A stretch of 64,000 nt of DNA. Source: an uncultured virus (IMG/VR IMGVR_UViG_3300046513_000171). Its lineage: Duplodnaviria; Heunggongvirae; Uroviricota; Caudoviricetes. The notes beneath the pieces are model-generated. The model was not told the DNA's origin. It ran no database searches and saw only the letters and a program-made list of their open reading frames with translations. Shown here piece by piece: positions 27,759 through 39,200 of this stretch. Positions within the stretch are counted from its first letter, which is position 1. The number at the start of each line of letters is the position of its first letter. A program made the position numbers and the translations under genes. Location of the stretch: IMG/VR virus record IMGVR_UViG_3300046513_000171. One strand, given 5' to 3'.

Positions 27759-29945
27759 TTAGATCTCCAGGATATTCTCGAACAACTCTTCAGTTCCAGC
27801 CTCATGCGTAATGACGATCGTCTGCCCGAACCCCGCGCTGGCGGCAAACGCGAGGCACGCTTGCGTGCGGTCAGCGCTGCACGCACTGAAGGGCTCGTCG
27901 AGCACCAGCATGTCGGCGCCGGGCACAAACACTTTCGTGAGAGCCACGCGGATACCGAGCCCCAGTAGGTCCAAAGCGCTGCCGCTGTAGCTCGTGTACG
28001 GCTTCCCGTTGATCAGGAATGTCTTACCTTCCCTCACAACTTCTGACGGCTCCTTTCGCATGCGCGTCAGGTACGTTGACACAGCGGACAGCACCATATT
28101 CCACAAAGTGTTTCCCACCACGGGCCGCGCGCGACGCAGCGCTGCGATCAGGTCGTTATTGAACTGCCACTTCGCAGCCTTCGCCTCGTCTTCGGCCAGC
28201 TGCTGCTTCAGGCGCGCGAGTTGCTGCTTGTGGCGCGTGGCGCTCTCGCTGAGCGACTTGATCTGCCCTTGCAGCTGGCCGACACGGCTGGCCGACTCGT
28301 TCAGCGACGCGCGCAGGCTGGCGCACTCCTGCTCCAGCGTCTCGATCTGCGCGTTGATCTTGTCTTCCGTCTCGGCCGGGCGCGTCGCGCGGTGCTCGTT
28401 CAGCTCGTGCCGTGCGTCCGACAGCCGCTTGTCCGCATGCTCAGCCGTTGAGCGCGCAACGTTCAGTGCGCTGTCGGCCTGCTGGCGTGCGCGCATCTCG
28501 TTCTGCACGCGCGTGATCTCGTCAGCGAAGTTCACGCGCGGCGCGTTCAGATCGATCTCCGGTCCCTTCCACTCGACGCGGAACGGCACGAACGTCGAGT
28601 CGATCTCGAACAGGTCGGGGAACTGCAGCGCGGTCTCGAAGCGCGGCGTGCGCAGGATCGCTTCGCCAGCCTCTACGTTCTCTTCCGCTTCGGTACGCTG
28701 CGCAACCAGCGCGGGCGTCTGGCCTTGCGCGGCCTGCCGGTCGTTCTGCAGCGCCACGATGTGGTCCTCGATCTGCCCGTTCTTTGCCCTGACTTCAGGC
28801 ATCTCGCTGACGTCCTTGCCGCACAGCCCGCACATGCTCGACGTAACCTTCTTGCCCTCAGCGACCGCGATCTGCTTGTCGATGTTGGCGACCGTGCGCG
28901 TCACTTCGACGAGACTGTCGCTCACCTTGCGCACGACCGCGCGCTGCTCGTCGATGAACGCGCGCAGCCCTGCCTCGCCCGTCTCGTTCCACTCCACCTC
29001 GGGCGGCACGTACTTGTCGAACTTCGCCTTCGCTGCGCAGATCCCGGCCCAGCGGTCGACGTCGACCTGCTGCTCGCGCAGCTGCGCCAGATCCTGCTCG
29101 ATGTCGCTCACCTCGCGCAGCTTGCCCACCGCTGCGTTCTGCGCGCCGAGCTTCGTGTGCGCCTCGGCGTGTTCCTGCACCGAGCGCGACACGGCGCGGT
29201 CAAGCTGGTGCTCGGTCGCGAGCCACTGGCCCACCGTGCGCAGCTTCGTACGCGCGTCCTTCAGCGGCTCCGTGCGCTCGGCCAGCTTCGCGTTGATCTT
29301 CTCCTGCTCGGCGACGAGCGGGGCAAGCATCCTGTTCGTCTGGTCGATCGCGCCCTGGTAGTCGACCTTCGACTCGACCTCGATCTGCTCGCGCTGCGTG
29401 GCGATCCTGTCATCGAGCGCACCCGTCGGGCCGCACTCACCGCCCGCCTCGATCTTGCCGATAATCCACTCGACGATGTCCAGACCGCTCAGCCTCTCGA
29501 TGAACTCGACCGCCTTCGCGTTGCCCTCGTCCAGCAGGCCGCCGATCTCCTTCTGGCCCGCGAACGACATCTTCTCGACGATCTCCAGCGGGGCACCGAA
29601 CTGCTCGGTGAACCACGCCGTGACTTCGTTCTGGCCTGTGATGGTCGGCTTCTTCGCGTCGGCGGGGACGAACAGCTCGGCACCCTTTGGGCTGCGCGTG
29701 GCGCGCACCGTGATGCCGTTGAACGTGAACACGCCCTCGACCTTCGTCGAGCTGGGCTTGGCGCCCCACGTCGTGAAGTCGCTGTTGCGGCAGCGCTTCG
29801 TGCCGCCCATCAGGTACATCGTGCCTTCGATGATGGTCGTCTTGCCTGCTTCGTTCTCGCCGCGCAGCGCTGTGTTGCCTGCGTTGAACTGGACCAGCTT
29901 GTCAGTGTGCTGGCGGAAATTGGTCAGGTGTACAGAGTTAAGCAT
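27759..29945 (-). CDS. sbcC: SbcC/Rad50-like recombination ATPase
   Basis: Walker A GENEAGKTT, long coiled coil with CGLC zinc hook, signature YSGS, Walker B LVLDEP, ITH. Confidence 0.9.
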   Translation of the reverse strand: MLNSVHLTNFRQHTDKLVQFNAGNTALRGENEAGKTTIIEGTMYLMGGTKRCRNSDFTTWGAKPSSTKVEGVFTFNGITVRATRSPKGAELFVPADAKKPTITGQNEVTAWFTEQFGAPLEIVEKMSFAGQKEIGGLLDEGNAKAVEFIERLSGLDIVEWIIGKIEAGGECGPTGALDDRIATQREQIEVESKVDYQGAIDQTNRMLAPLVAEQEKINAKLAERTEPLKDARTKLRTVGQWLATEHQLDRAVSRSVQEHAEAHTKLGAQNAAVGKLREVSDIEQDLAQLREQQVDVDRWAGICAAKAKFDKYVPPEVEWNETGEAGLRAFIDEQRAVVRKVSDSLVEVTRTVANIDKQIAVAEGKKVTSSMCGLCGKDVSEMPEVRAKNGQIEDHIVALQNDRQAAQGQTPALVAQRTEAEENVEAGEAILRTPRFETALQFPDLFEIDSTFVPFRVEWKGPEIDLNAPRVNFADEITRVQNEMRARQQADSALNVARSTAEHADKRLSDARHELNEHRATRPAETEDKINAQIETLEQECASLRASLNESASRVGQLQGQIKSLSESATRHKQQLARLKQQLAEDEAKAAKWQFNNDLIAALRRARPVVGNTLWNMVLSAVSTYLTRMRKEPSEVVREGKTFLINGKPYTSYSGSALDLLGLGIRVALTKVFVPGADMLVLDEPFSACSADRTQACLAFAASAGFGQTIVITHEAGTEELFENILEI

Positions 29946-30225
29946 TATTGTTCTCCCACAGCGTTTCAGGTTTCGCCAGTTCGAGCGGCGACTGCTTCAA
30001 TCCCATCAGCGTCGCAAAGAAGTTCAGCCAGCCGCCGCGATCCAGACGGCCTTGCAGGCGGTGCCAGCGGAACTGCCCGCGCAGGTTCATCTCGACTGTG
30101 ACGCGCGAGGACTCTTTCAGGCCGTGGTGTTCGACGAGCCAGTCGACCATCGCCTTCGAGCTGAGGGCCTGTGTGATGTCCTGCACCGGGTCGCCCTCGG
30201 GTACCAGTCGCTCGTACTTAGACAT
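29938..30225 (-). CDS. Hypothetical protein
   Basis: Start MSKYERL at 30225; tightly packed between sbcD and sbcC. Confidence 0.55.
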   Translation of the reverse strand: MSKYERLVPEGDPVQDITQALSSKAMVDWLVEHHGLKESSRVTVEMNLRGQFRWHRLQGRLDRGGWLNFFATLMGLKQSPLELAKPETLWENNNA

Positions 30226-31321
30226 CTTCCGTCTCCTTGCGCGTCGCCACGATCGCATCGACCGCTGCAGCCTGTTCCGGCGTGAGGTTGTCCTTCAGGA
30301 AGTGCAGCACGTCAAAGCGCTGCACATTTTCGACCGCTTCAAGCGCGCTCACGTCCATCGACCGGCCGTCGACCTCAACCGCGTTGGTGATGACGAATGC
30401 GTTGTGCGTCTTGCGCAGCGCGGATACCGCGGCCAGTACGTCGGCTGCTTCCTCCGCTGTGGCCTCGCCCTTCACGCGCATGAAGTTGATTTCATTCGGC
30501 ACGGTACCCAGCTTGTGCCAGTCGACTTCCATGTAGCTGCCCTTCTCTTCCCACGTGTCGAGCGAGTGGATCTCGCTGCCCACGATCTGCAGCATCCGCT
30601 TGGTCGAGTTGTTCAGGCAGTCCGAGACCGACGTCGGGAACTGGTTGCCCACGACCACCACGCCGAACGCTTCCTGACGCTGCTGGTGCTCGTGCGCGAA
30701 GATGATGTGCCGCACGCCCGCTTCGTTAAGCCGCTGCGCCTGCTGCTTCGAGAGGTTCAGCGAGTGGTCCGCTTCCTCCGCAAAGCCGTTGTCGTAGTTC
30801 GCGTGCACGAACAGGAACGGTCGCGGGTCGGCGCAGATATCGTCGATAGCCACGTCGAACAGATCCTGATTCTGCAGGTGCGGAAGGACGATACCTACGC
30901 CGCCGTTGCCTTCGTCCCAGCGAATCTTTGTCGGCTCAGTGATGACCTCCACCGCGACGTAGCCCGAGTCGAATCCGTTGCACGCAGCCTGCAGCATGTG
31001 GCCGAGCACGTCGAACGAGCTGAGCTTCTCGCTGTTCTTCGAGATGTCGTGGTTGCCGCGCGAGAGGATCACGCCCCCGATACGGCCGTCGGCTATGCGC
31101 GACTGGATCGCTTCGAACGCACGCACGAGCACGTTGTTCGAGACCACGAAGCCATCGAACAGGTCGCCGTTGATCAGCACCTTCTTGTCCGGATCGGCTT
31201 CGGCCTGGTCGAGCAGCTGCTCGAAACAGTCCATCGTGTAGTTGTCCAGCATCGCGTACGAGAGCGGCGTCGTGCCGCCCGTGCGGTGTACCCCGAGGTG
31301 GGTGTCATTGATGATTAGCAT
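30218..31321 (-). CDS. sbcD: SbcD/Mre11-like metallophosphoesterase nuclease
   Basis: NDTHLG, GDLFD, GNHD and AHEH motifs; adjacent to sbcC. Confidence 0.88.
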   Translation of the reverse strand: MLIINDTHLGVHRTGGTTPLSYAMLDNYTMDCFEQLLDQAEADPDKKVLINGDLFDGFVVSNNVLVRAFEAIQSRIADGRIGGVILSRGNHDISKNSEKLSSFDVLGHMLQAACNGFDSGYVAVEVITEPTKIRWDEGNGGVGIVLPHLQNQDLFDVAIDDICADPRPFLFVHANYDNGFAEEADHSLNLSKQQAQRLNEAGVRHIIFAHEHQQRQEAFGVVVVGNQFPTSVSDCLNNSTKRMLQIVGSEIHSLDTWEEKGSYMEVDWHKLGTVPNEINFMRVKGEATAEEAADVLAAVSALRKTHNAFVITNAVEVDGRSMDVSALEAVENVQRFDVLHFLKDNLTPEQAAAVDAIVATRKETEDV

Positions 31322-31902
31322 TTTTCGGTCTCCTTGCCTGCTTTGACGAGGCACTCTGTGTAACGGTGCAGGAACTGCTCGTACGCGATCTCCGGGTACT
31401 CAGCCTGCTCAACACTGAACTCTTTCAGTAGCTCGTTGCCGTAGATGTGGATCAGCGCACCCCACACGTCCTTGTTGCGCATCACATCGCGCTGCTCGAC
31501 GGCCAGTGCGATAAGATCAGCTGTCCGAATGGAGTGATGGTGGACGCTCGCACCCGGCGCGAGACGGTCCATCAGGTACCGCTGCACCTCGTCCTCGATC
31601 TCCGTGTACTGCGGCAGCAGGCTCTTGAGCGGCGAGGTGATGTCACCCAGCAGCGCCTCGCTCGCGTCGTGCATCAATGCTGCGAAGACGACGCTCCACG
31701 GCGCCCCCGCGCGCTCTACGATCTGCGACACCATCACGCTATGCTGCGCGACGCTGTAGAACTCTTCGCACTGGCCGGCGAACCGGCACACGTTCGACAG
31801 GCCCTTGGCAATGTCCACGATCTCGACTTCGTTCTGCCAGATGTTCGTGAAGTCGAAGTACTTGCCGGTGAACGTGATGATGTCTTTGCGGATGTGGCTC
31901 AT
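31315..31902 (-). CDS. HD-domain phosphohydrolase (5'-deoxynucleotidase-like)
   Basis: DIA..LS..CRF.G…FYSVAQHS…LMHDASEA..GDI.SPLK. Confidence 0.85.
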   Translation of the reverse strand: MSHIRKDIITFTGKYFDFTNIWQNEVEIVDIAKGLSNVCRFAGQCEEFYSVAQHSVMVSQIVERAGAPWSVVFAALMHDASEALLGDITSPLKSLLPQYTEIEDEVQRYLMDRLAPGASVHHHSIRTADLIALAVEQRDVMRNKDVWGALIHIYGNELLKEFSVEQAEYPEIAYEQFLHRYTECLVKAGKETEKC

Positions 31903-33251
31903 GCGATTTCTCCCGGCGCCGTAACGAGGTCGCGGAACTTGATCTTGCGTGCGTGGCGCAGCGCGCCGCTAGGCATCGTGCCGTTGCTCAGAACGTCGAT
32001 CAGGCGCCCGATGACGTAGTGCTGGGGGTCAGGCATCGCCACATGCTCGGTGACCACGCGCAGGCCCGTGGGCTTGTCCTGCTCGATGCTCGACCACTTC
32101 ACCGGCTCCCCGGTGTGCGCCGCCCATATCAGCGCGCGCTCTTCCGTGCCCCAGCCGCCGCCGACGTTCGAAGGCACACCGTTCTTCGTGACCACGACGC
32201 CGCCGAGCGAGTGCTCGAACTGGCCGCCTGCTTCGCCGCCGTACACCGCGTTGATCTCCAGCGTGTCGGGATCTTCGCCCTTGATCTTCAGCCAGTCGGC
32301 GCTGCGCTTCTTGCTGTAGCGCGACGCAGCGTTCTTGAACACGCCGCCTTCGAAGCCGGCTGCCATCCACCGGTCGGCTGCAGCCGTCATGAGCGTTGCG
32401 TCGTCGCCGTAGTCGATGTGCGAGAGCAGGCTGACGTTGGGGCAGTCGTCCTGGAAGTAGCTGCGCAGGTCCATCAGCCGCTCGATCAGCGGGCCGCCCA
32501 CAGTGTCACCGCCGCGCGTGTCGTCAAAGTGCTTGAACGGAATGATGTCGAAGCACTGCAGGATCGTCGAAGACTTCAGCTCACCGATGTTCACCGTCTT
32601 GCGCAGCGTCGACACGGAGTCGAGGAAGTCGACGCCCACACCCTCAGCGTCGACCACAACGTGGTGGCCGCCGAACACTTCAAGCACCTGCGGCTCCAGG
32701 TGCTTGAGCGCAGGGATCTCGTTCCCGCTGCGCGTGAAGAACGTCGCGCTGTTATCGCGCACCACTGCCAGCGCGCGCATGCCGTCGAACTTGATCGAGC
32801 CCAGCCACTTCGAGCCCGGCTTGATGCGCTTCGCTTCGAACGGCTTGGCCAGCGCGCAGGTGAATACCGGGATGTGGAAGTCGAGGCCGAGCGAGTTGAT
32901 GAGCTTGATGCCGACGCCGCACTTCAGCTCCTTGTCGAGCGCGCGGTTCATCAGGTCGACCGCACACACGCTGTAGTGCTGGCCGAAGTTCAGCAGCTCC
33001 AGCTTCGCCGCGCTGCCCGTCAGTCGGCGCTGCGCCAGCGAGTCGAGCAGCGTGTAGCAGCCCTCGTCCCACTCGCGCTGGCCGCCGCCCCACGCGATCT
33101 TGCCCTTCTGGCCGTACGTGATGGACGGGTCAAGCACCGCTGTGACATAGCGCTGCAGTTCGGGGGAGTGCTGCAGCTGGGACTGCACGAGCGCCGAGAG
33201 TGCCAGACCCGAGGTGCTGGCGAACGCGTTGAGGGTTTCGTGGATATTCAT
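31899..33251 (-). CDS. ATP-dependent DNA ligase
   Basis: Motif I KFDGMR, TRSG, DAE, FDI, motif IV EGGVFK, motif V WLKIK, C-terminal OB fold. Confidence 0.9.
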   Translation of the reverse strand: MNIHETLNAFASTSGLALSALVQSQLQHSPELQRYVTAVLDPSITYGQKGKIAWGGGQREWDEGCYTLLDSLAQRRLTGSAAKLELLNFGQHYSVCAVDLMNRALDKELKCGVGIKLINSLGLDFHIPVFTCALAKPFEAKRIKPGSKWLGSIKFDGMRALAVVRDNSATFFTRSGNEIPALKHLEPQVLEVFGGHHVVVDAEGVGVDFLDSVSTLRKTVNIGELKSSTILQCFDIIPFKHFDDTRGGDTVGGPLIERLMDLRSYFQDDCPNVSLLSHIDYGDDATLMTAAADRWMAAGFEGGVFKNAASRYSKKRSADWLKIKGEDPDTLEINAVYGGEAGGQFEHSLGGVVVTKNGVPSNVGGGWGTEERALIWAAHTGEPVKWSSIEQDKPTGLRVVTEHVAMPDPQHYVIGRLIDVLSNGTMPSGALRHARKIKFRDLVTAPGEIA

Positions 33252-33285
33252 TACTGGTCCTTTGGGTGGGAAAAGGATGTGGGGT

Positions 33286-34800
33286 TTAGTAGCCGATCAC
33301 AGCATCGAAACGGGCGCGCGTCACGGCTACGTACAGCGCGGTGTTATAGGCAAACGTCGTGGGCATCTGCATCAGATTCGGCAGGTCGACCAGCACCGTA
33401 TCAAAGGTGCTGCCCTGCGACTTGTGCGTCGTCATCGAGTACGTGTGACGGATGTCCGCGAAGCTGTTCTTGTAGAGCCACGCAGCCGTGCGCGCCTGCG
33501 TGTACTTCTCTTTCAGGTTCAGGTCGCGCGGGTTGTGGTGATGCAGCTGCTTCAGATCCTGCACCTCGCCGAACAGCTCAGCCAGGCGGTTGTTCAGCGC
33601 GTTCATCAGCTTCGGTGTGTGGACCTTGACGAGGTTGCCGAGGTCATCGCGCAGGATCATGATGTAGCAGGTGAAGCCGGGGTACTGGTTGTGCTCGCCC
33701 ATCTCGACGTACTCGATCACCAGCTCTTCACTGGTCACGAGGTCGACGTCCTTGCCGGTGTCGATGTTCTCGGCCTTCGTCGCGCTCTGCACGATCACGC
33801 GCTCGCCGGCTGAGAACTGCAGCGGTACCGACTCGGGGAACAGGTCGAAGTGGATCTCGCGGTTGTAATCGAGCACAGCGCGGTTCGTGTACGCCAGAAT
33901 CCGCGCGTCGCGGCCCTCGCGCTGCAGACCGATGCCGATACCCTGCAGGCGGTTGCGCTTGACCATCGAGTCGGGCAGCAGGTCCATCAGGTCGCTGACC
34001 TGCACGCGATCGTCGGGCCCGAGCGAGCTGATGATGCGCTGCTGCTCGTCGACCGTGGGCGCGTTGAGGATGTCTTCAATCCGGTTCTTGCGGCGGATGA
34101 ACATCGATGCCTCGATCAGCGGGTTGCCCTCAGCCTGACGGATGATCTTCGTCATCGTCGACTTCTGCGGCAGCGTGAAGACCTTGGACATGCTGCCCTC
34201 CATCACCGGCTCCAGCTGGCCGGGGTCGCCCACGAACAGGACCAGCGTGCGGCCGCGGCTGTTCTGGATCGAGCGCAGCAGCATCTTCGAGTCGACCATC
34301 GATGCCTCGTCGACGATCAGCAGGTTCACGCCGTCGAACTTCGTGTAGCCGGTGCTGGAGATCTTGTGCTCGCCGTCGTCGCCCTCGACCATACGCAGCC
34401 CGCAGACGCTGTGCAGGCTGCTGAAGGTGGCGTTGACCACGCGCGTCTTCGCAATCGCGCGGACCTTCTCCTGCAGGATCGAGACGGCCTTGTTGGTGGG
34501 CGCGGTGACGGCGATGTTCCAGCCGGCGGCCGTCGCTTCCATGATCAGCTCGCCGACGAGCACGGTCTTGCCGACGCCAGCGAAGCCGCGCAGCACGAAG
34601 TAGTCGTCGGGGTTGTCATCGAACCACTCTTCGGCGCCTTCGGGCAGCCTGAAGGTCGGCTTCTGCCATTTGAGTTCGTCGCCGCCTTGCTGCCGTGGGT
34701 CACGGCGCGTCATCCAGGCGAGGATCTTGTCGAGTTCGGCTTGCTGCTGGGGCTGCAAACCTTCAAAGGACGCGATTGCGTCCGTGGCGATGGTGCTCAT
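33286..34800 (-). CDS. Dda/RecD-like SF1B helicase
   Basis: GFAGVGKT, APTNKA, DEASM, GDPGQL.PV, THKSQGSTF and YVAVTRA motifs. Confidence 0.92.
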   Translation of the reverse strand: MSTIATDAIASFEGLQPQQQAELDKILAWMTRRDPRQQGGDELKWQKPTFRLPEGAEEWFDDNPDDYFVLRGFAGVGKTVLVGELIMEATAAGWNIAVTAPTNKAVSILQEKVRAIAKTRVVNATFSSLHSVCGLRMVEGDDGEHKISSTGYTKFDGVNLLIVDEASMVDSKMLLRSIQNSRGRTLVLFVGDPGQLEPVMEGSMSKVFTLPQKSTMTKIIRQAEGNPLIEASMFIRRKNRIEDILNAPTVDEQQRIISSLGPDDRVQVSDLMDLLPDSMVKRNRLQGIGIGLQREGRDARILAYTNRAVLDYNREIHFDLFPESVPLQFSAGERVIVQSATKAENIDTGKDVDLVTSEELVIEYVEMGEHNQYPGFTCYIMILRDDLGNLVKVHTPKLMNALNNRLAELFGEVQDLKQLHHHNPRDLNLKEKYTQARTAAWLYKNSFADIRHTYSMTTHKSQGSTFDTVLVDLPNLMQMPTTFAYNTALYVAVTRARFDAVIGY

Positions 34801-34851
34801 GTTGTTCTCCCGGCGACGTTTTCAGTCGCCTCGATTCTGCTGTTTGAATTG

Positions 34852-35373
34852 CTATAGGGTGGTATTGAACCAGGCTTTAAGGGTCACGTCAAGTGCTGCC
34901 TTGGCCGACGCGTAGGTGGGATACCCGTCGGTTGCGAAGTCGCCCTTCACCTGCTCGAAGAACGGCTCGATTGGCATCACCACCCAGCGGTCCCGCTCGC
35001 CAACGTGGTGAACCAGAACTACTACCGGCACGCCAGCCAGCGCGCGCCGCTTCAGGCGGTTGATCTGCGGACGCTTGAAGTTCTTCGAGGGCAGCTTGTC
35101 GAAGCTGGTCTCCTTCACTTCCATCGTCAGCAGCCGACCGGCGTACATCAGGTCATAGTCACCGACCACGGCCTTTACCGGACCTCCCGCCTCACGCGTA
35201 TCGACCGGGCGGTCCCACGCGAACTCCATGCCGCGCTTGAGTTGCTCAGCCTGCAGCCAGAGCTTCACGGTGTTCTCGCTGGCCTTGCCCTTCTGTGACT
35301 GCTTCTTGCGCCGCGCACGGTCATCGCGCCACGCGGTGAAGGCGTTGCTGTCGTCATGCTCAAGCGCCGACAT
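34852..35373 (-). CDS. PD-(D/E)xK nuclease, putative RecU-like Holliday junction resolvase
   Basis: Start MSALEHDD; G…E, GDY…EVKET…Q motif arrangement. Confidence 0.65.
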   Translation of the reverse strand: MSALEHDDSNAFTAWRDDRARRKKQSQKGKASENTVKLWLQAEQLKRGMEFAWDRPVDTREAGGPVKAVVGDYDLMYAGRLLTMEVKETSFDKLPSKNFKRPQINRLKRRALAGVPVVVLVHHVGERDRWVVMPIEPFFEQVKGDFATDGYPTYASAKAALDVTLKAWFNTTL

Positions 35374-35629
35374 GCTTGAACCTCCCGGCGACACCTGCTG
35401 GCATCTCGCCCCGCCAGTCGAGCGGGTAGACGTCCTGCAGCGCGCGCATGTTCGTGCTGCCGCTGCCGTCTTCGAGCTGCACGTCGATGCGCCACGCCCT
35501 CGACTCCGCACTCCAGTTAGCTGAGTGACCGATCACCCTCATCGGGTACGGCTCTTTCTGCGAAGCGAGGCGGATCAATACGTCGCTACCTACTGGCGGG
35601 AGGTCCTTGCCGTCCCATATCTGTGTCAT
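35360..35629 (-). CDS. Hypothetical protein
   Basis: ATGA overlap at 35629; WDGKDLPPVG N-terminus is common in phage proteins. Confidence 0.55.
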   Translation of the reverse strand: MTQIWDGKDLPPVGSDVLIRLASQKEPYPMRVIGHSANWSAESRAWRIDVQLEDGSGSTNMRALQDVYPLDWRGEMPAGVAGRFKHVGA

Positions 35630-35895
35630 GCCCATGTCTGCTGCCTCCGTGTGCCGAGGCGGCGTTCGTGGTCCTGCTGGCACTCCGACTTGCCCTGCCC
35701 GTCGAGCGGCGGGCAGTACAGCGTGCCCTTCTCGATCGAGTCCCTGCAGTTCAGGCACACGCCGGCTGCGAGGTTTCTCTCTTCATGCTCGCGACGCTGC
35801 TGCGAGAGCTTCTCTGCGGCCTTCCGCTGGACGGACAGGCTGGCAGCCAGCTCGATTTCTACGGTGTCGTTTGCGCTATCTGCAATATCTGGCAT
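35626..35895 (-). CDS. TraR/DksA-like C4 zinc-finger protein
   Basis: DIADSA N-terminal DxxDxA motif; CLNC…YC…EC..D.E. Confidence 0.6.
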   Translation of the reverse strand: MPDIADSANDTVEIELAASLSVQRKAAEKLSQQRREHEERNLAAGVCLNCRDSIEKGTLYCPPLDGQGKSECQQDHERRLGTRRQQTWA

Positions 35896-35964
35896 TTTTG
35901 AACCCCACTTGTTTCGTTGAATACCCGGTCTTTGCCGGGCATTCGTATCGTACTCCGAACCACT

Positions 35965-36225
35965 TTATCGCGGTACACCGTACAGTTCGATGACCTTGTT
36001 CTCGATCTGCTCCAGCGTCGTGCGGGCCAGTCTCGTGTCCGCGTAGTTGCATCGTGGATTGTTAGCCGCGCTGGCCCACGCCTCGGCCATGTGCCCTTTC
36101 GAGCAGCCGCCGAAATCGATGCCCGGCGTGAGCGCCGTCAGAGCACGCGAGACCTTGTGAGCTGCGTACGGGCGCATCGTGACCATGAACTCGATTGAGT
36201 TACGCTCGTCGCTGTTATGCGGCAT
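35965..36225 (-). CDS. Hypothetical protein
   Basis: 86 aa, overlaps the polymerase stop. Confidence 0.5.
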   Translation of the reverse strand: MPHNSDERNSIEFMVTMRPYAAHKVSRALTALTPGIDFGGCSKGHMAEAWASAANNPRCNYADTRLARTTLEQIENKVIELYGVPR

Positions 36226-39200
36226 GCTTCACCTCGATGTCGTTCGCAGCGTGCTGCGGCCACAGCCGGTCGATCGCACCCTGGATCTTCGCGTCGCTCG
36301 GCACTTCGCCGATCTCGATCAGGTTCATGAAGTCGTGGCCGATGCCGATGGACGACTCGATCGGGATGGTCATGTCCGCGTACCGAACCGTCATCAGTGC
36401 GTGCAGCTCCTTCGTGAACGCGACGATGTCTTCGCGCGCGCAGCTGAACACCAGCTCGTCGTGCACCACGCCGATGAACGTCGCGTCGTAGCGCACGATC
36501 AGGCCAGAGCGCCAGATGCGGCCCATCGCGAGCTTGGTCATCTCCGCGCAGCTGCCCTGAATCTCGAAGTTAACCGCCTGGCGCTCGGCTTTGCTGCGTT
36601 CCCACCACTCGCTCGAAGCGAACGCACGCGCCAGGTGCCGGCGGCCGCCCAGTCGTGTGAGGCTGTAGCCGAGGCGCTTGGCCTTCGGGATGACCTCTTC
36701 TTTCTTCCACTCTTCCGCGCGCCAGAACGTGCCGTGCTTGGCGTCCAGGTACGACTGCGCTTCCTCTTCCGGAACCATCAGCGTCGCAGCCATCTTCGGG
36801 GCCTGCGCGCCGTACTCGGATGCGAAGTTGGTCGTCTTCGCTTTCTTGCGCGTGGCCTTGAGTACCTTGTGCAGCGGGTGATTCTCGTCCTCCAGCGCCG
36901 CTGCGAAGATCTCGTAGGTCATCTCCTTGTCGACCTTCTTCTGAGCGATCGAGACGCCCGTCAGATGGTGCATGTCGCGCAGGTTGTCGCCCACGAAACA
37001 CGACGTCATTGCCTCGTCTCCCGACGTGTCGGCAATCACGCGCAGCTCCTGCGCCTTGAAGTCGAGCGCGACGATCGCTGCGTCGTGGTGGTGCGGCTTG
37101 ATACAGGCGCGGAAGTCGCCCTTGTCGCCCTTCGGCCACTGGGCCTTGTTCGGCTTGCTCGGCGCGAAACGGCGCGTCACCGTGCGGCACTGACCATCGG
37201 CGCCGTGCACGCGGCCATCCGTCCAGTGCGGCAGCGCCCGGTACGGCCGGTAGAACATCTTGCGGCGCGTGCCGACCGCGCGCATGTTGTGGATCGCATC
37301 GAGCATCGCGACCTGCTCGGGGTGCGTCTCGCTGTCGTAGAACTTGGCCGATGCAATTGCCAGCGCGTCCGTCTTCGGCGAGCCCACAGCGCTGCGGCCC
37401 ATCTCGGCCTTCTGCTTCTTCGTCGGCTTGTTGCGGGCGCGCACCGGGAGCTGCATGACTTCGTACAGCAGCCGGCCCATCTGCTTCGGGCTGTCCGAAT
37501 TCAGTTCGGGCTCGCCCTTGTAGAAGCGGCGCACGTACTTCTCGACGTGCGACATGTCGCCATCAGCCTTCTTGATCGCGTCGTCGTACAGGTCAGCCAG
37601 CGTGCCCGCATCGTCGTTCTGACGCATGACGGCGGTGATCTTCGCGGGCGTGCGTGCCTTGCACTCCAGATCCGTGCCCGTAACGATCTGGTACATCACC
37701 TTCATCGACGCGGGTTCGAGCGTCACGGCGGGCAGCTCGACGCCGTCCCACTTCTTCTCGATCAGGTACTGGCGCAGCTGCGCCCACGCGGCGTCGTACA
37801 CCTTGTCGTCGGCGCGCTCCTGCTTGCGCATCTCTTCGCGGCTGAAGTTCACGCCCGTAATGAAGCCCGCAGCGCTGAGGTACGATGCGTCGATCTCGAC
37901 CTCACGATACAGGTCGAACGTGCGCTCCAGCTGCATCACGATCTCGTAGTAGTTGCGCAGCGCCGCCGTCACGATCGTGTCGTCCGTGCCGTAGTCGAAC
38001 GCCTCGCGCGGCGTGAGCTGGTCCATCTTGCGACCCTGCGTCACCTCTTCGTAGCTGACCTGGTCGTAGTCGAGGACCATCTTCGCCTGCTGCTTCAGGC
38101 CCAGCGACACGTTCTCGTCGACGTAGCTCGCCATGAAGAACGTGTCGTCGATGCGCGGCATGAAGCCGTGGTCGAACGCCTCGTCGCTGTCCGTCCACTC
38201 GATCAGGTTCATGAAGAACACGACCAGTTCGAACGCGCTGTTGTGCACCGGGAAGCGGATCTCGACGTCCTCGCGGATGCAGCGTGCGAGGAACTGGTAC
38301 AGGTTGTGCATCGAGATGTTCTTGTCGGTCTTGTGATTGACCGTCAGGTACAGCGTCTTCTCGGTGTTCTCGCCCAGCGTCACGCCCATGCTGACGATCT
38401 TCGAGGCCAGCACATCGACGCCGCCCGCACGCTTCTTCGCGGTCTGCTCCTGCTCGTCGACATCCTCGTCGTCGTCATCGCTCTCCAGATCCTCGACGTA
38501 GTCGGGGTCGTTCACCTGCGCGAGCCACTCGTCGGACTCGGGCGGCGTCGCCGTTTCCAGGTCGAGCGTGACGTACGGCGACTTGCGGATCTGCGCCCAC
38601 AGGCCGCTCGCCATCAGCTGCGCGAAGTTGCCGCTCGTGACCAGCGTACGGTCCTGATACCAGTGATCGAAGCGCTCGTCCTTGGGCTCGCCCTCGGGCT
38701 TCTCCAGCACCATGCCGACGTCCCACTGCAGATCCTTGCCGGGCGTGCCGATCTCGGCGTCGAAGAACTGCACGCACTGGTAGCAGCGGCGCACGACGTC
38801 CTTGTGTTCGAGCGTCAGTCTCAGCGCCTTGCCTGCCGGCGTGGGCGTCGCTGCGTCTTCTTCGAGCGACTTCCAGTCGGCCTTCTCGATCACCTCTTCG
38901 ATCTGCTTCATGCCGTCCAGCTCGGCTGCGCAGTAGAGGTCGATGAACTTCGCTTCGCCGAAGCCGTGCGCGCCCGGCAGCGTGTCGCTCTTGTCGCCGA
39001 CCAGTGCCTTGTAGAGGCGGTTCAGTTCGAGCGGCCACGGACCCAGCGGGTTTTCTTCCGGGTTGATGACCTTCGACTGGTAGCGGATCTGCACATCCGG
39101 CAGATCTGCGAGGATCAGCATGTCGCCGTCGTCAGCGACGCCTACGCGCGGGCCGGTCAGGTTCTTGATCAGGTACGCGAATACGTCGTCAGCCTCTCGG

